64,000 bases of DNA, taken from NCBI GenBank assembly GCA_035574315.1, contig DATLYW010000015.1:20828-84827 (forward strand), read 5' to 3'. The DNA is from Candidatus Zixiibacteriota bacterium (lineage in GTDB: Bacteria; Desulfobacterota; Binatia; UBA9968). Position numbers and translations under genes: made by a program. Shown here one piece after another: positions 18,940 to 27,964 of this stretch. Numbering within the stretch: position 1 is the stretch's first letter; every line of letters starts with the position of its first letter. The notes below the pieces were generated by a model. It was not told where the DNA came from. It was given only the letters and a program-made list of their open reading frames with translations, and did not search any database.

Positions 18940-19745
18940 TGCCGGCCCCTTCCCGGATCCCGCGCCCACTTGGTCCTCGGAGGGGCGATCCATTCGCCGT
19001 CGACCAAGTGCTCGGCTCCACGTTCCTGGAAGAAGCAGAGCAGGCCCTTGATCTTGGGGCACTCAGGCACCGTCTCCATGTATCCCCAGGCAAGGTCTTC
19101 CAGCAGCCGGTCGCCGATCCGCACCGACCAGTAGGTTGCCAGCCCCTTGTAGGGACAGCGAGAGCGGGTCGGGCTCGGGACCAGCAGCTCCATGCGGATA
19201 TCCTCGGGCTCGATATAGTAACGGACCGGATGGTTTGTTTCGAAGAGCAGCCGCGGGCGCCGCGTGTCCGCGACCGTCACGCCGTCGACCACCACCCGGA
19301 CATGGCGGCGGCTGTGCAGCACGTCCACCCGCTTGAACGGGTCGCGGGGATGAACGTAAACCTCCTCGTCCTCCTCGTACCACGCATCCATCGGAGTCCA
19401 CGCAAACGCCACGTGATCTTTCAATTCCTCGGCTTCGCGCTTGGGGTTCGGGTAGCTCCACGCAGCGTCCTTGGCGATCTTGCTTCCCGCTTCGAGCGAC
19501 CAGTAGACGGCCTCTCCCTTGTAGGGACAGACGCTGCGGCGCTCGCTCGGCTTCATCAGATCGACGCGGGTGTCGGTCAGCGGGAAGTAGTAGACCGGGA
19601 GCTCGCCGGCCTCCCGCAAAAGCTTCACCCGCTTGCTGTCGGCAATGGTTTCGCCGCCGAAGACCACCCGCACATGGCGGGGGCTTTCGGAAACGTGAAT
19701 CCAATGGCCGGCATCACCGTGCACGGGAACTCGAGGTTCCGCCAT
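18936..19745 (-). CDS. DUF427 domain-containing protein (two tandem DUF427 repeats)
   Basis: 269 aa with two repeats of the VRVxxxGxxIADS...LLxExxxxPxYYxP pattern. Its stop overlaps the ADH start by 4 nt (ATGA). Confidence 0.7.
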   Translation of the reverse strand: MAEPRVPVHGDAGHWIHVSESPRHVRVVFGGETIADSKRVKLLREAGELPVYYFPLTDTRVDLMKPSERRSVCPYKGEAVYWSLEAGSKIAKDAAWSYPNPKREAEELKDHVAFAWTPMDAWYEEDEEVYVHPRDPFKRVDVLHSRRHVRVVVDGVTVADTRRPRLLFETNHPVRYYIEPEDIRMELLVPSPTRSRCPYKGLATYWSVRIGDRLLEDLAWGYMETVPECPKIKGLLCFFQERGAEHLVDGEWIAPPRTKWARDPGRGRQ

Positions 19746-19912
19746 GATCGCCTCCCTTCGGTCTGGGGAAACGATACCCGCAGATCAGCGGTTCGCAGGC
19801 ATCTAGACAAGGTATCATGGCCGGTCGGGACCGGGACCGGTCGCTTCGCGGCTCGATACAAGAACCGGAAACTGAAAACCGGGAACCCAAAATGCTTCAA
19901 CGCGGCCAGCCG

Positions 19913-20869
19913 CTAGCGCTCCAGCTTGCGCAGCTTCTGCAGGGAGCGCAATTCCCGCGGAGGATCGAGGCGTTGCCCCACGATCGTCCACGAGACTTCC
20001 CCGACGTAGAGATCGCCGCGCGAATCCAGCGCGAGGCCGTGGGGCGCGATGAACTGTCCCGGCGCCTCTCCACCGCGGATGTCTCCCAGGCGCGCAAGCC
20101 GCCGGCCGCGCTTGTCGTAGATGTCGATCCGGTTGCCCAGATTCGGGCAGTCCTTGTTGACGCCCATCCCCGGGCCCAGCTCGCCGACGTAGCAGATCGG
20201 GTCGGGCTTCGTCGTGTCCATGTACAGAGCGCACGGCCGGTGCATGTTATTCCATTGTGTCTCGTAGCGCCCGTTGCCGTCGAAAACCTGAATACGGTGA
20301 TTTTCCCGATCGGCGACGTAAACCCAGCCGTCGCGGTCGGTGCAAATGTTGTGCACGATGTTGAACTGCCCCGGGTCGCATCCCGGCTCGCCCCACGACA
20401 GCAGCCACTTCCCGTCGGGGGAGTACTTGTGCACCCGCGAGTTGCCGTAGCCGTCGGAGACGTAGATGTCGCCTTGCGGCGAGAAGGCCACGTGCGTGCA
20501 GCGGTTGAACGGCTCGCCGCTCTGGTATGGGGCCGGCCTGCCGGGAACGCCCAGGGTTAGAAGGATCTTTCCGTCGAGCGTCCACTTCCGGACCGTGTGA
20601 TCGCCGTCGTCCGTGAGAAAGACCGTGTCGTCCGGTCCCATGGTCAGCCCGTGCGCGCGCTTGAAGACTCCTTCTCCCCACGACGTGAGAAAATTTCCTT
20701 CCCGGTCGAACACGATCACCGGGTGAGCCCCTCTGGTAAAGACATATACCCGGTCTTTTCCGTCGACGCCCACCGCGGCGACCTCCCGGAAACTCCACCC
20801 GTCGGGGAGCTTCCCCCAGCCTTCGACGACCTCGTAGCGAAATTCCCCGCTCCCGAGAACGACGCTCAT
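19913..20869 (-). CDS. NHL-repeat beta-propeller protein (peptidylglycine-lyase-like)
   Basis: 318 aa with repeated ...HGL..D..G.LYVxD.. NHL-type blades (DDTVFLTDDGDHTV, DIYVSDGYGNSRV, WVYVADRENHRI, DLYVGEV). Confidence 0.8.
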   Translation of the reverse strand: MSVVLGSGEFRYEVVEGWGKLPDGWSFREVAAVGVDGKDRVYVFTRGAHPVIVFDREGNFLTSWGEGVFKRAHGLTMGPDDTVFLTDDGDHTVRKWTLDGKILLTLGVPGRPAPYQSGEPFNRCTHVAFSPQGDIYVSDGYGNSRVHKYSPDGKWLLSWGEPGCDPGQFNIVHNICTDRDGWVYVADRENHRIQVFDGNGRYETQWNNMHRPCALYMDTTKPDPICYVGELGPGMGVNKDCPNLGNRIDIYDKRGRRLARLGDIRGGEAPGQFIAPHGLALDSRGDLYVGEVSWTIVGQRLDPPRELRSLQKLRKLER

Positions 20870-20994
20870 AGCACCTCCGTTCGGTTCGAAACCTCCGGAC
20901 GCAACGCGTTGCCGGCTCCACCCCGAGGAATCTCCGAGCCTCGACCGCCCAGATCCATATCACGATTTGCCGGCCGCTGGTATAATGCGGCGCC

Positions 20995-22176
20995 ATGAAT
21001 TTTTCCGCCATCGTCCTTTACGCCCTCGCGGCGATCTGCCAGACCTCGGGTTCCTCCGGCGCCGCCATGCTGGCGCCTTTTTTCATGAAAGAGCACGGCT
21101 ATCCGCTCGCGCTCGTCGGAATCCCGCTGGTCGCAAACGGCGTCGGCCGGGTTTGCTCCGACCTTCTGTCCGGCTTCATGGCGAGCTACTTCAGCTCCGG
21201 CGCGTTGCTCGTGGCGTCCATGGCGCTCGCGCTTCTCACGAGCGCCCTCGGCTATTTTTTCCTCGACCTCATGCCGGTCTTTCTCGGGGCATGGACCGTT
21301 TTCGGCTTGACCGAGGCGATGTTCGCGCTGTCGCTGAGAAAGATCGGCTTCGATCTGGCTCCCGCGGAGCGGCAGGGTCGCGTCCAGGGGCAGCTGGCGG
21401 CCGCTCTCGGGATCGGTTTTACGATGGGCCCTCTTCTGGGCGGCTTCGTCGGGAATCGGCTCGGGCCCGACGCGCTTTTTCTCCTCTACGGAACGCCGCA
21501 GATGCTGGGGCTGGCGCTCGTGCTCGCGGCCGGGGCCCATCGGTATCGAAAGGCTTCGCGCCCTTCCGCGGCCCCGCTGTGGCAGGAAGGGCTCGGCCTC
21601 CTCAAAAGCCCTCCCTTCATCGCCTCCTGCCTGGCGATCTTCCAGTGCTTCCTGTTTCTCGTCGGCGTTACTCGGGTGGCGTTCCCGTTTCTCGCGCTGA
21701 ACCATCGCGGGATCGGCCTCGAGGCCATCGGCGCGATGGTATCGATCTCGCGACTGACCGACACCCTCGGCCGTTACACGGGCGGCTGGCTCTCCGATCG
21801 GATACAGGCCGCGAGGGTGATCCTCATGGGGATCTCTCTCGGAATTCCCGCGCTCGCCCTGCAAGCCTACGGCGAGAGCTATCTGGCGCTGCTTTCGCCT
21901 CTCGCGCTCCTCACGCTCGGGTTCGGCTTCACCAACGTCGGCTCCACCACGCTGGCGCTGCAGGTCGCGCCCGCCGGCGCCAAAGGGCTGGGCCTCGGCC
22001 TTTCGCGCGCCGCGACCTCGGCGGGTCAGATGCTCGGGCCGCTGCTCTGCGGATGGCTGATCGAGCGCGCCGGCTACGAGCGCGGATTCCAGTGGATGGC
22101 GCTGATCACGGCGTTTGTTCTGTTCGCCTCCTGGCGCGGTTTGCGGGCGGCGGGGCACGGCGAGCCGGTTCCGTAA
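20995..22176 (+). CDS. MFS transporter
   Basis: 393 aa with a 12-transmembrane pattern. Confidence 0.8.
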   Translation: MNFSAIVLYALAAICQTSGSSGAAMLAPFFMKEHGYPLALVGIPLVANGVGRVCSDLLSGFMASYFSSGALLVASMALALLTSALGYFFLDLMPVFLGAWTVFGLTEAMFALSLRKIGFDLAPAERQGRVQGQLAAALGIGFTMGPLLGGFVGNRLGPDALFLLYGTPQMLGLALVLAAGAHRYRKASRPSAAPLWQEGLGLLKSPPFIASCLAIFQCFLFLVGVTRVAFPFLALNHRGIGLEAIGAMVSISRLTDTLGRYTGGWLSDRIQAARVILMGISLGIPALALQAYGESYLALLSPLALLTLGFGFTNVGSTTLALQVAPAGAKGLGLGLSRAATSAGQMLGPLLCGWLIERAGYERGFQWMALITAFVLFASWRGLRAAGHGEPVP

Positions 22177-22203
22177 GGCGCCTCCCGGAACCGCGCGTGC
22201 GGC

Positions 22204-22992
22204 TCAGATCTTGAGCTGCTCGCCGGTCGTGAGCTCGCGGAGCAGGTCCAGCGGATTCTCGCCGTCGGCGCCGCGGCGGTTTCGTTCGGCCCGCCACCCG
22301 TCCAGATAGTCCAGCACTTCCTGCTCGGAGACCACGTCAGCGTATTTCTGGTTCATGTCGAACAGGTTGATCGCGTGGCAGGCTTCGTGACGGTCGAAGA
22401 CCCCCTCCTCGACCACGATCATGCGAAAACGATGGGTGGTGCCGTCGACGACGCTCGCGCGCACGCAGCCGCTCGTGCTCTCGCCCACCGTGATGATGGT
22501 GTCGACATCCAGGAACCTCAGGTGGCCGACCAGCGGAGTCCCCCAGAAAGCGCTCGGCGACACTTTTCTGAGCACCGTCTCTCCCGGCAACGGCTTGACC
22601 TCGTCGACGATGTCGAACTTGCGCCGGATGCGGTCCAGCTGCTCCGGAGTCATGTTCGAGCGCTTCGCTTCCCTGCGAAACGACCATCCTTCGATGCCCA
22701 CGCCGTCCAGCCCGGTGATATGAATGATCGGAATGCCGACCTCGCGCGCCTTGGCCAGCACTCTCTGGATGTGCGGCAAAGCGTTCCATCCCGCGAGCCC
22801 GCAGCTCCCGGGCCAGGTCTTGATCGCCTCGAGCAACGGTTCGGGCTTGTCGCCGAATACCCAGCGGTAAAGGTCGATCAAGAGCAACGCCGGCCGGTTT
22901 CCGAACCCGATTCTTTTCGGCTCCCGGGACTGAAGCGAGGCCTTGTCCTGCTCCGTAAGAAAACGATCCCAAACGCGCTCCGGCATAATCAC
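22204..22992 (-). CDS. isochorismatase-family cysteine hydrolase (N-carbamoylsarcosine-amidase-like)
   Basis: 262 aa (ALLLIDLYRWVF...IIHITG...TIITVGESTSGCVRASVVD). The isochorismatase fold with a catalytic Cys. Confidence 0.8.
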   Translation of the reverse strand: MIMPERVWDRFLTEQDKASLQSREPKRIGFGNRPALLLIDLYRWVFGDKPEPLLEAIKTWPGSCGLAGWNALPHIQRVLAKAREVGIPIIHITGLDGVGIEGWSFRREAKRSNMTPEQLDRIRRKFDIVDEVKPLPGETVLRKVSPSAFWGTPLVGHLRFLDVDTIITVGESTSGCVRASVVDGTTHRFRMIVVEEGVFDRHEACHAINLFDMNQKYADVVSEQEVLDYLDGWRAERNRRGADGENPLDLLRELTTGEQLKI

Positions 22993-23540
22993 CTCCGCGG
23001 TCTCTTCGTAGTGCCGAAGCCGAAGCCTAACCCCGAACCCCTTGCGGTGTCAATTCAGCGTACCGTTGCACGGTTGCATCCTGAACGATGCAATGATTCC
23101 TCCCGGGTTGACCGGCTCGGTACGGCGGCGCCCGGGAGCGCTCCAATCCGGGATCAGGATTCCTCATTTCGCCGGATGGACTCTTCGTCACCGCCTGTCA
23201 GGTGATGAAATATTGCCTGCCCCCAGAAAGGGAGACCGCCCGCTTCGGCACGGGCCTGGGCCGCCCCTTCGAGCGGCCGCGCACGCGTTACAAGGCCCGC
23301 GACGGCGCGCGCGAACACGAGATCGAAATCGCCTCTTATCTCCGGGAGGCCGATTCCACGCCTGCGATCGTTCTCCTCCCGAGGAGAACGCCTCTCGACC
23401 TTGGAAAAAGCGTCGTGAACTGGCGCCATCCTGTCGACCGCGATAGAATTCTGGGCCGGTCCCCGGGCGAAGCGGGCAACGCGCTCGCGTTTCTTGCCCC
23501 GGCGCGCGCATCGGCGATATACTCCGGCGACGGAGGGTTT

Positions 23541-24056
23541 ATGGAGCCGTTGATCGCCGTCGATCTCAAGCGTCTCGTCGACAACGTCAAGTCCGCAGGC
23601 CAGAGCCGCCGCGTGATCTGGCAGGATTCGGAGACGATCGCCTTCCTCAGCCGGGGCCGCAAGGAGCGCCGTGACTTTCACGTCGATCCGAGCGACGAGG
23701 TGACCCTCCAGCTGAGCGGCATTCAGCGGCTGGTTTATCTTTCGGCCGAGGGCAGGCAGGAAACCGCGACCATCGAGGCCGGGCAAATGCTGCTTTGTCC
23801 CGCCGGAGTCCCGCACTCTCCTCGGGTCGAGGGCGACTCCTGGTTTATCGTCTTCGAGCGCAAACGAAAGCCGGGCGAGCGCGACTCCTTCATCTGGTTT
23901 TGCGATCGCTGCGGCAACAAGATCTACGAGGTTGCCGTCGAAGTGGGGGACTATCGCCTCGACCCTGTTTCCACCGTCCACCGGACGTTTTACGGCGACG
24001 AAAGGCTTCGCACCTGCGGCTCTTGCGGCTACGTCGTGCCGGTTCCGCCGGCCTGA
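23541..24056 (+). CDS. nbaC: 3-hydroxyanthranilate 3,4-dioxygenase (cupin, with a C-terminal rubredoxin-like site)
   Basis: Start taken at the internal MEPLIAV, giving 171 aa. The sequence is colinear with bacterial HAAO (VIWQDSETIAF...DFHVDPSDEVTLQLSG...CPAGVPHSPRV...FIWFCDRCGNKIYEV...CGSCG). GGAGGG lies 4 nt before the ATG. The upstream part of track ORF 23202..24056 has no recognisable domain. Confidence 0.85.
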   Translation: MEPLIAVDLKRLVDNVKSAGQSRRVIWQDSETIAFLSRGRKERRDFHVDPSDEVTLQLSGIQRLVYLSAEGRQETATIEAGQMLLCPAGVPHSPRVEGDSWFIVFERKRKPGERDSFIWFCDRCGNKIYEVAVEVGDYRLDPVSTVHRTFYGDERLRTCGSCGYVVPVPPA

Positions 24057-24077
24057 CCGCCCGGAGAGAGGACGAGC

Positions 24078-24851
24078 ATGGCGAATCGCTACGCGGAGAA
24101 GATATTCGCTCTGGCAAGGGCCTACCGCGACGCCGAGGCGGAGGTGGTCTCCGCTTTCTTCTCCCGGCGGAGGAGCCGGCGCGAGCATCTTCGCTGGCTC
24201 AAGGCTCAGGCTTACAAGGAATACTCGGCCATCCGGCCGATCTTCACGGCGGTGGCTTCTCTCTATCCCGAAGTGGGCCGCGGAATCGACCGGGGAGAGT
24301 TCCAGGAGCTCACCGAGAAGCTCGCCGACGAAACCAGGCACGCGCGCCTGCTCATGGACTTGCTCGATGAGATCGCCGGCGCGAGGACCAGGCTTACCGA
24401 TCTGCTCTGGCTCCCCGAAGACCAGAAGCTCGCGCGAATACGGGGCAAGTACTCCAGAACCTCCGCCGCGCTCCTGCACGGCGGGACGTTACGGCACTCC
24501 GAGGTTTGCCGAACCGACGAGGCGCTCGAGCGCGCCGCAATCGCGCTCACCGAGGGTGGCGGGGGCGCCCTCTATCTCGTCTGCAGCCGGCTCGGCCGTT
24601 CGGGGGTGTCGGGAAAGATCGCCCGGGTCTTTCGCGAAATTCTCCGGGACGAAACCGCGCACAAAGACGCCGGAGCCCGCGCGCTGCGGCGGCTCGTCAA
24701 CAGTCGACGGTCCTTTCAACGGGCGGCGGATATCGTTCGCGCGATCTCGAGCCAGCGTCTACGGATGCGCAACGAGCAGTTCGGCTTTCCCCTGAGCCCT
24801 CGCAGGATCGCGGAGCTGGACCGGCGGGCGAGGCAGGCCTGTGAGCTTTGA
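24078..24851 (+). CDS. hypothetical helical protein with two ExxH motifs (ferritin-like or heme-oxygenase-like diiron candidate)
   Basis: 257 aa. Starts 22 nt after HAAO, with GAGAGG just upstream. The motifs EKLADETRHARLL and REILRDETAHKDAG are spaced as in diiron carboxylate proteins. No family recognised by eye. Confidence 0.55.
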   Translation: MANRYAEKIFALARAYRDAEAEVVSAFFSRRRSRREHLRWLKAQAYKEYSAIRPIFTAVASLYPEVGRGIDRGEFQELTEKLADETRHARLLMDLLDEIAGARTRLTDLLWLPEDQKLARIRGKYSRTSAALLHGGTLRHSEVCRTDEALERAAIALTEGGGGALYLVCSRLGRSGVSGKIARVFREILRDETAHKDAGARALRRLVNSRRSFQRAADIVRAISSQRLRMRNEQFGFPLSPRRIAELDRRARQACEL

Positions 24852-25770
24852 CCGTCCTGGGCGCGCGAGGCCGCCCGCCATCCCTGCGGCTGAGTTTCGC
24901 CCGGCGGCCGCCGCCCTGTTGATTTTCCTGATCGTCGCCCCGGTTTCGGCGTCGAGCGAACGGGAGGTCCCGCCCCTCAGGCAGGATGTCAACGATTTCG
25001 CCGGGATCATGCCCCAGGCAAGCATCGAGGAGCTGAGCCGGCAGCTCCATGAACAAAAAAAACGCACCGGGCGCACCGTGGTCGTTGTCACCGTGCCGGC
25101 GCTCGGCGAGCCGATGGAATCCTTCGCCGCAAAGACCTTCGGCCGCCTGCCGCTTAGCGAGAACGAGCTTGGAAAAACCGCACTGCTCGTCATTGCCTGG
25201 AAAGAGCGCAGAACCGGCGTCCACGTCGGCGACGAGCTCCGCCCTCTTTTTCCCGAACCGGCCGCGACCGACAAGATCCACGCCCACGCGAGCCTTTATT
25301 TCAACGGTCTCAGACCCGATCTCGGGATCCACTCGGCCGTCAACTACATTTTCCGCATCATCAAGGGAGAGATCAGGGCCGACGCCCTGAGCGAGGAGGA
25401 AAAGCTCGAGGACGCCTCGATCAGCGGCGCCGGAGCGGGAGCGATCTTCGCCCTTTTCCTGGCTCCCTACCTGGCCTTCATGGTCGGGGCCTTGTGGGGA
25501 CTCTACGCCGCCACTTCGGGCATCCAGCGCTTCCCCCGGCTGTTCGTCGGTGCCGTCCTGGGCGGGGGCACGGCGAAGCTTCTGGCCGCGGCAATGACCT
25601 TTCTCGGCGCCTACAGCGACGGCCTGTGGTACTTCATCCTGAGCCTGAGCATTCCCCTCGCTCTGTTCGGCTGCCTTACGGAATTCTGGATGTCGGGTGA
25701 CTGGATGGGCATACCGCGCGAGAAGGACGCGACGCTCAGGCGAAAGCCCACCGAAAAAATGGGAATTTGA
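24841..25770 (+). CDS. TPM-domain (TLP18.3/Psb32/MOLO-1, YgcG-like) membrane protein
   Basis: 309 aa. Signal/anchor, then a TPM-like region (VNDFAGIM...RTVVVVTVPALGEPMES...ALLVIAWKER), then 3-4 C-terminal transmembrane helices. It overlaps the previous gene by 11 nt. Confidence 0.6.
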   Translation: MSFDRPGRARPPAIPAAEFRPAAAALLIFLIVAPVSASSEREVPPLRQDVNDFAGIMPQASIEELSRQLHEQKKRTGRTVVVVTVPALGEPMESFAAKTFGRLPLSENELGKTALLVIAWKERRTGVHVGDELRPLFPEPAATDKIHAHASLYFNGLRPDLGIHSAVNYIFRIIKGEIRADALSEEEKLEDASISGAGAGAIFALFLAPYLAFMVGALWGLYAATSGIQRFPRLFVGAVLGGGTAKLLAAAMTFLGAYSDGLWYFILSLSIPLALFGCLTEFWMSGDWMGIPREKDATLRRKPTEKMGI

Positions 25771-25832
25771 AGGCCCGGCGCTCGCCGGGATCTCCAAGCA
25801 GGACGCCCGAGATCGCCCCGCCACCCCTCCGG

Positions 25833-26261
25833 CTATTTCAGCGCCCGACGCAAGGCGCGGATGGCGCTGTCCGCATCCGCGGCGCTGTCGAAGGCCAGGT
25901 AAGTCACGGCCCGGCGTCCGAGAGCCGCCGCGGAAAGGCCGCGGAGATTGATCCCGGCATCGGCTATCGCGCGCGCCATTTTCGCCCCCAGGCCCGGCCG
26001 ATCGGGGCCTTCCACGCGCACGGAATGGAGGCTGTCCGAGGTGCTCAGGCCGGCGTTTTGCGCGGCCGCTTTCTGCTTCGCGCCCTTGATCGGGCACAGA
26101 AACACGACTCCGGTGCCGGGCTTGTCCGGAGCACGGCGTGCGATGATGAACTCCAGGCTTGCCCCGGCGTCTGCCAGGGCCGTCAACTTGTCAGCCAGGC
26201 CGCCGGGTCGATCCTCCACTTCTCCGGCCCAAACGCTCACTTTGCTGATCGTATATGCCAT
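25833..26261 (-). CDS. ACT-domain protein (two ACT repeats)
   Basis: 142 aa with two VxVxGxDRPG-type ACT repeats (VSVWAGEVEDRPGGLA, VRVEGPDRPGLGA). Confidence 0.7.
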   Translation of the reverse strand: MAYTISKVSVWAGEVEDRPGGLADKLTALADAGASLEFIIARRAPDKPGTGVVFLCPIKGAKQKAAAQNAGLSTSDSLHSVRVEGPDRPGLGAKMARAIADAGINLRGLSAAALGRRAVTYLAFDSAADADSAIRALRRALK

Positions 26262-26525
26262 GGTCGCACCTCCTTCTCGGAATCGGTCTCGCTACTCAGA
26301 CACAACCACCAGCATTCGCCTCGAAGCGTCGGCCCGGGATCGGCACGCGTGTTCGCCCGCGTCCGACTCTCATCGCGCGAGCCCGCGGAAGCTGACCGGC
26401 TCATAACACCGGACCGGCAAAAGTTCAAGCAAGCGGCAAAACCCTCTTGACTGAGCCCGCTCAAGTGCTAGGAGGTAAACAGGATTATCTCCCCTGCGGC
26501 AAGTCCGGGCACCCATGGAGGTGTT

Positions 26526-26915
26526 ATGCTGGCCAGAGATATCATGACCAAACGCGTGATTGCCGTAAAACCCCTGACCCCCGTCAAAAATCTCGCCAAA
26601 ACGCTGAGCGAGCACCGCATCGGCGGAGTCCCGGTCGTCGACCGCAACGGCAAAGTCGTAGGCGTCGTATCCGACCGCGACCTGGCGGCCAGGAAGGGAA
26701 AGCAGGTGAAGTCGATCATGAGCAGGCGTGTGATCGGCGTTGCAGAGGACACTCCCGTCGAGCAAATCGCCGCCCTCATGGCCACCCGCCACCTCAAGCG
26801 CCTTCCGGTGCTGCGCGGACAAAAGCTGGCGGGGATCGTCAGCCGCGAGGACGTCATCCGGGCCGTCGCTCTCGGCGACAATTTCTCGATCCGAACCCCG
26901 ATCTACGACCTCTGA
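26526..26915 (+). CDS. CBS-domain pair protein
   Basis: 129 aa (RDIMTKRVIAVKP...HRIGGVPVVD...IMSRRVIGVAED...HLKRLPVL). GGAGGT ribosome-binding site. Confidence 0.8.
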   Translation: MLARDIMTKRVIAVKPLTPVKNLAKTLSEHRIGGVPVVDRNGKVVGVVSDRDLAARKGKQVKSIMSRRVIGVAEDTPVEQIAALMATRHLKRLPVLRGQKLAGIVSREDVIRAVALGDNFSIRTPIYDL

Positions 26916-27079
26916 CGGTCGGGGCGGGATTTTCTCTCCCCCGGCCGGCCCGCGAGACCCCCAGCCGTTTGGCGGTCCTTCCCCGGCCGTTGCCTTCGCC
27001 GGTCCGGGCGTCGCCTTGACGCACCGGGCCTTTTTGTCATAGCGTCGGCGCTAAAGCGTCCCAGCCGCCGGGAACCGAC

Positions 27080-27964
27080 ATGCAAACCGACCGCTACGAC
27101 TATTCGCCCATCATACGCCGCGAGCCGTTTCAGTGGCCGAATCGGGCCAGGATCGCTTTGGTGGTGGCGCCGAACATCGAGTTCTTCCATATCGACAAGG
27201 TCATCCCCGGGGCGGCAACCGCCCGGCTGCCGGACGTCACGGGATATGCCCTGAGGGACTACGGGTCGCGGATCGGTGTGTTTCGCATGATGGAAGTCCT
27301 CGACAAGCACGGGATCCGGGCGACGGTTCTTCTCAACTCCGACGTCTGCGCGCATCACCCCGCGATCATCGAAGAAGGCAACAAACGCGGTTGGGAATGG
27401 CTGGGCCACGGCGTCACCAACAACATACGCATGAACCAGTATCCGGCCGAAGAAGAGCGCGCCGTTATCCGCCAGGTCCGCGAAACTATCGCGGCGGCGA
27501 CCGGAAAGGCGCCTCGCGGGTGGCTCGGCCCCGGAGGCGGCGATGAGAGTCCGGACACGCTGGACCACCTCGCCGCTGAAGGCTTCGATTACGTTTGCGA
27601 CTGGGGCTGCGACGATCAGCCGGTCGCCTTGCGGGTCAAGTCGGGCCGCATGATCGGGATTCCGTATCAACAGGGACTCAACGACATCCGCGTCATGTTC
27701 CAAGGAGGCCACACGCCTGCGGAATGGCTGCAGATGGTCCGTGACCAGTTCGACACCCTCTATGCCGAGGGTGCGACCAGGCCGCGGGTCATGACCATTC
27801 CCCTGCACCCGTTCGTGATCGGGCTTGCGTTCCGCATCAAGTACCTGGATGAGGCGCTCGCCTATATCTGCGCTCACCGGGACGTCTGGAAAGCCACGGG
27901 TTCGGAGATCGCCGACTGGTTCTACGCCCACTACTACCAACCATCCGAGGGGAGGCGCCGATGA
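27080..27964 (+). CDS. polysaccharide deacetylase family protein (PuuE/allantoinase-like)
   Basis: 294 aa (RIALVVAPNIEFF...GIRATVLLNSDVC...GWEWLGHG), the NodB-type fold. Confidence 0.8.
   Translation: MQTDRYDYSPIIRREPFQWPNRARIALVVAPNIEFFHIDKVIPGAATARLPDVTGYALRDYGSRIGVFRMMEVLDKHGIRATVLLNSDVCAHHPAIIEEGNKRGWEWLGHGVTNNIRMNQYPAEEERAVIRQVRETIAAATGKAPRGWLGPGGGDESPDTLDHLAAEGFDYVCDWGCDDQPVALRVKSGRMIGIPYQQGLNDIRVMFQGGHTPAEWLQMVRDQFDTLYAEGATRPRVMTIPLHPFVIGLAFRIKYLDEALAYICAHRDVWKATGSEIADWFYAHYYQPSEGRRR

Noticed and set aside
23202-23540. N-terminal 113-codon extension of the HAAO ORF in the track
   Set aside because: The extension has no recognisable domain, and bacterial HAAO is about 170-180 aa. The internal ATG at 23541 has a GGAGGG ribosome-binding site and gives a protein colinear with HAAO from its first residues. 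A separate small upstream gene cannot be excluded.
23154-24479. 441-aa minus-strand ORF covering the HAAO and ferritin-like genes
   Set aside because: It is antisense to two plus-strand genes that have motifs and ribosome-binding sites. It has low-complexity Arg/Gly/Pro composition.
26915-27080. Possible intrinsic terminator after the CBS gene (GC stem followed by CCTTTTTGTC near 27035-27050)
   Set aside because: The stem is short and imperfect. The T-run could equally belong to the promoter of the following deacetylase gene. Not enough to call.
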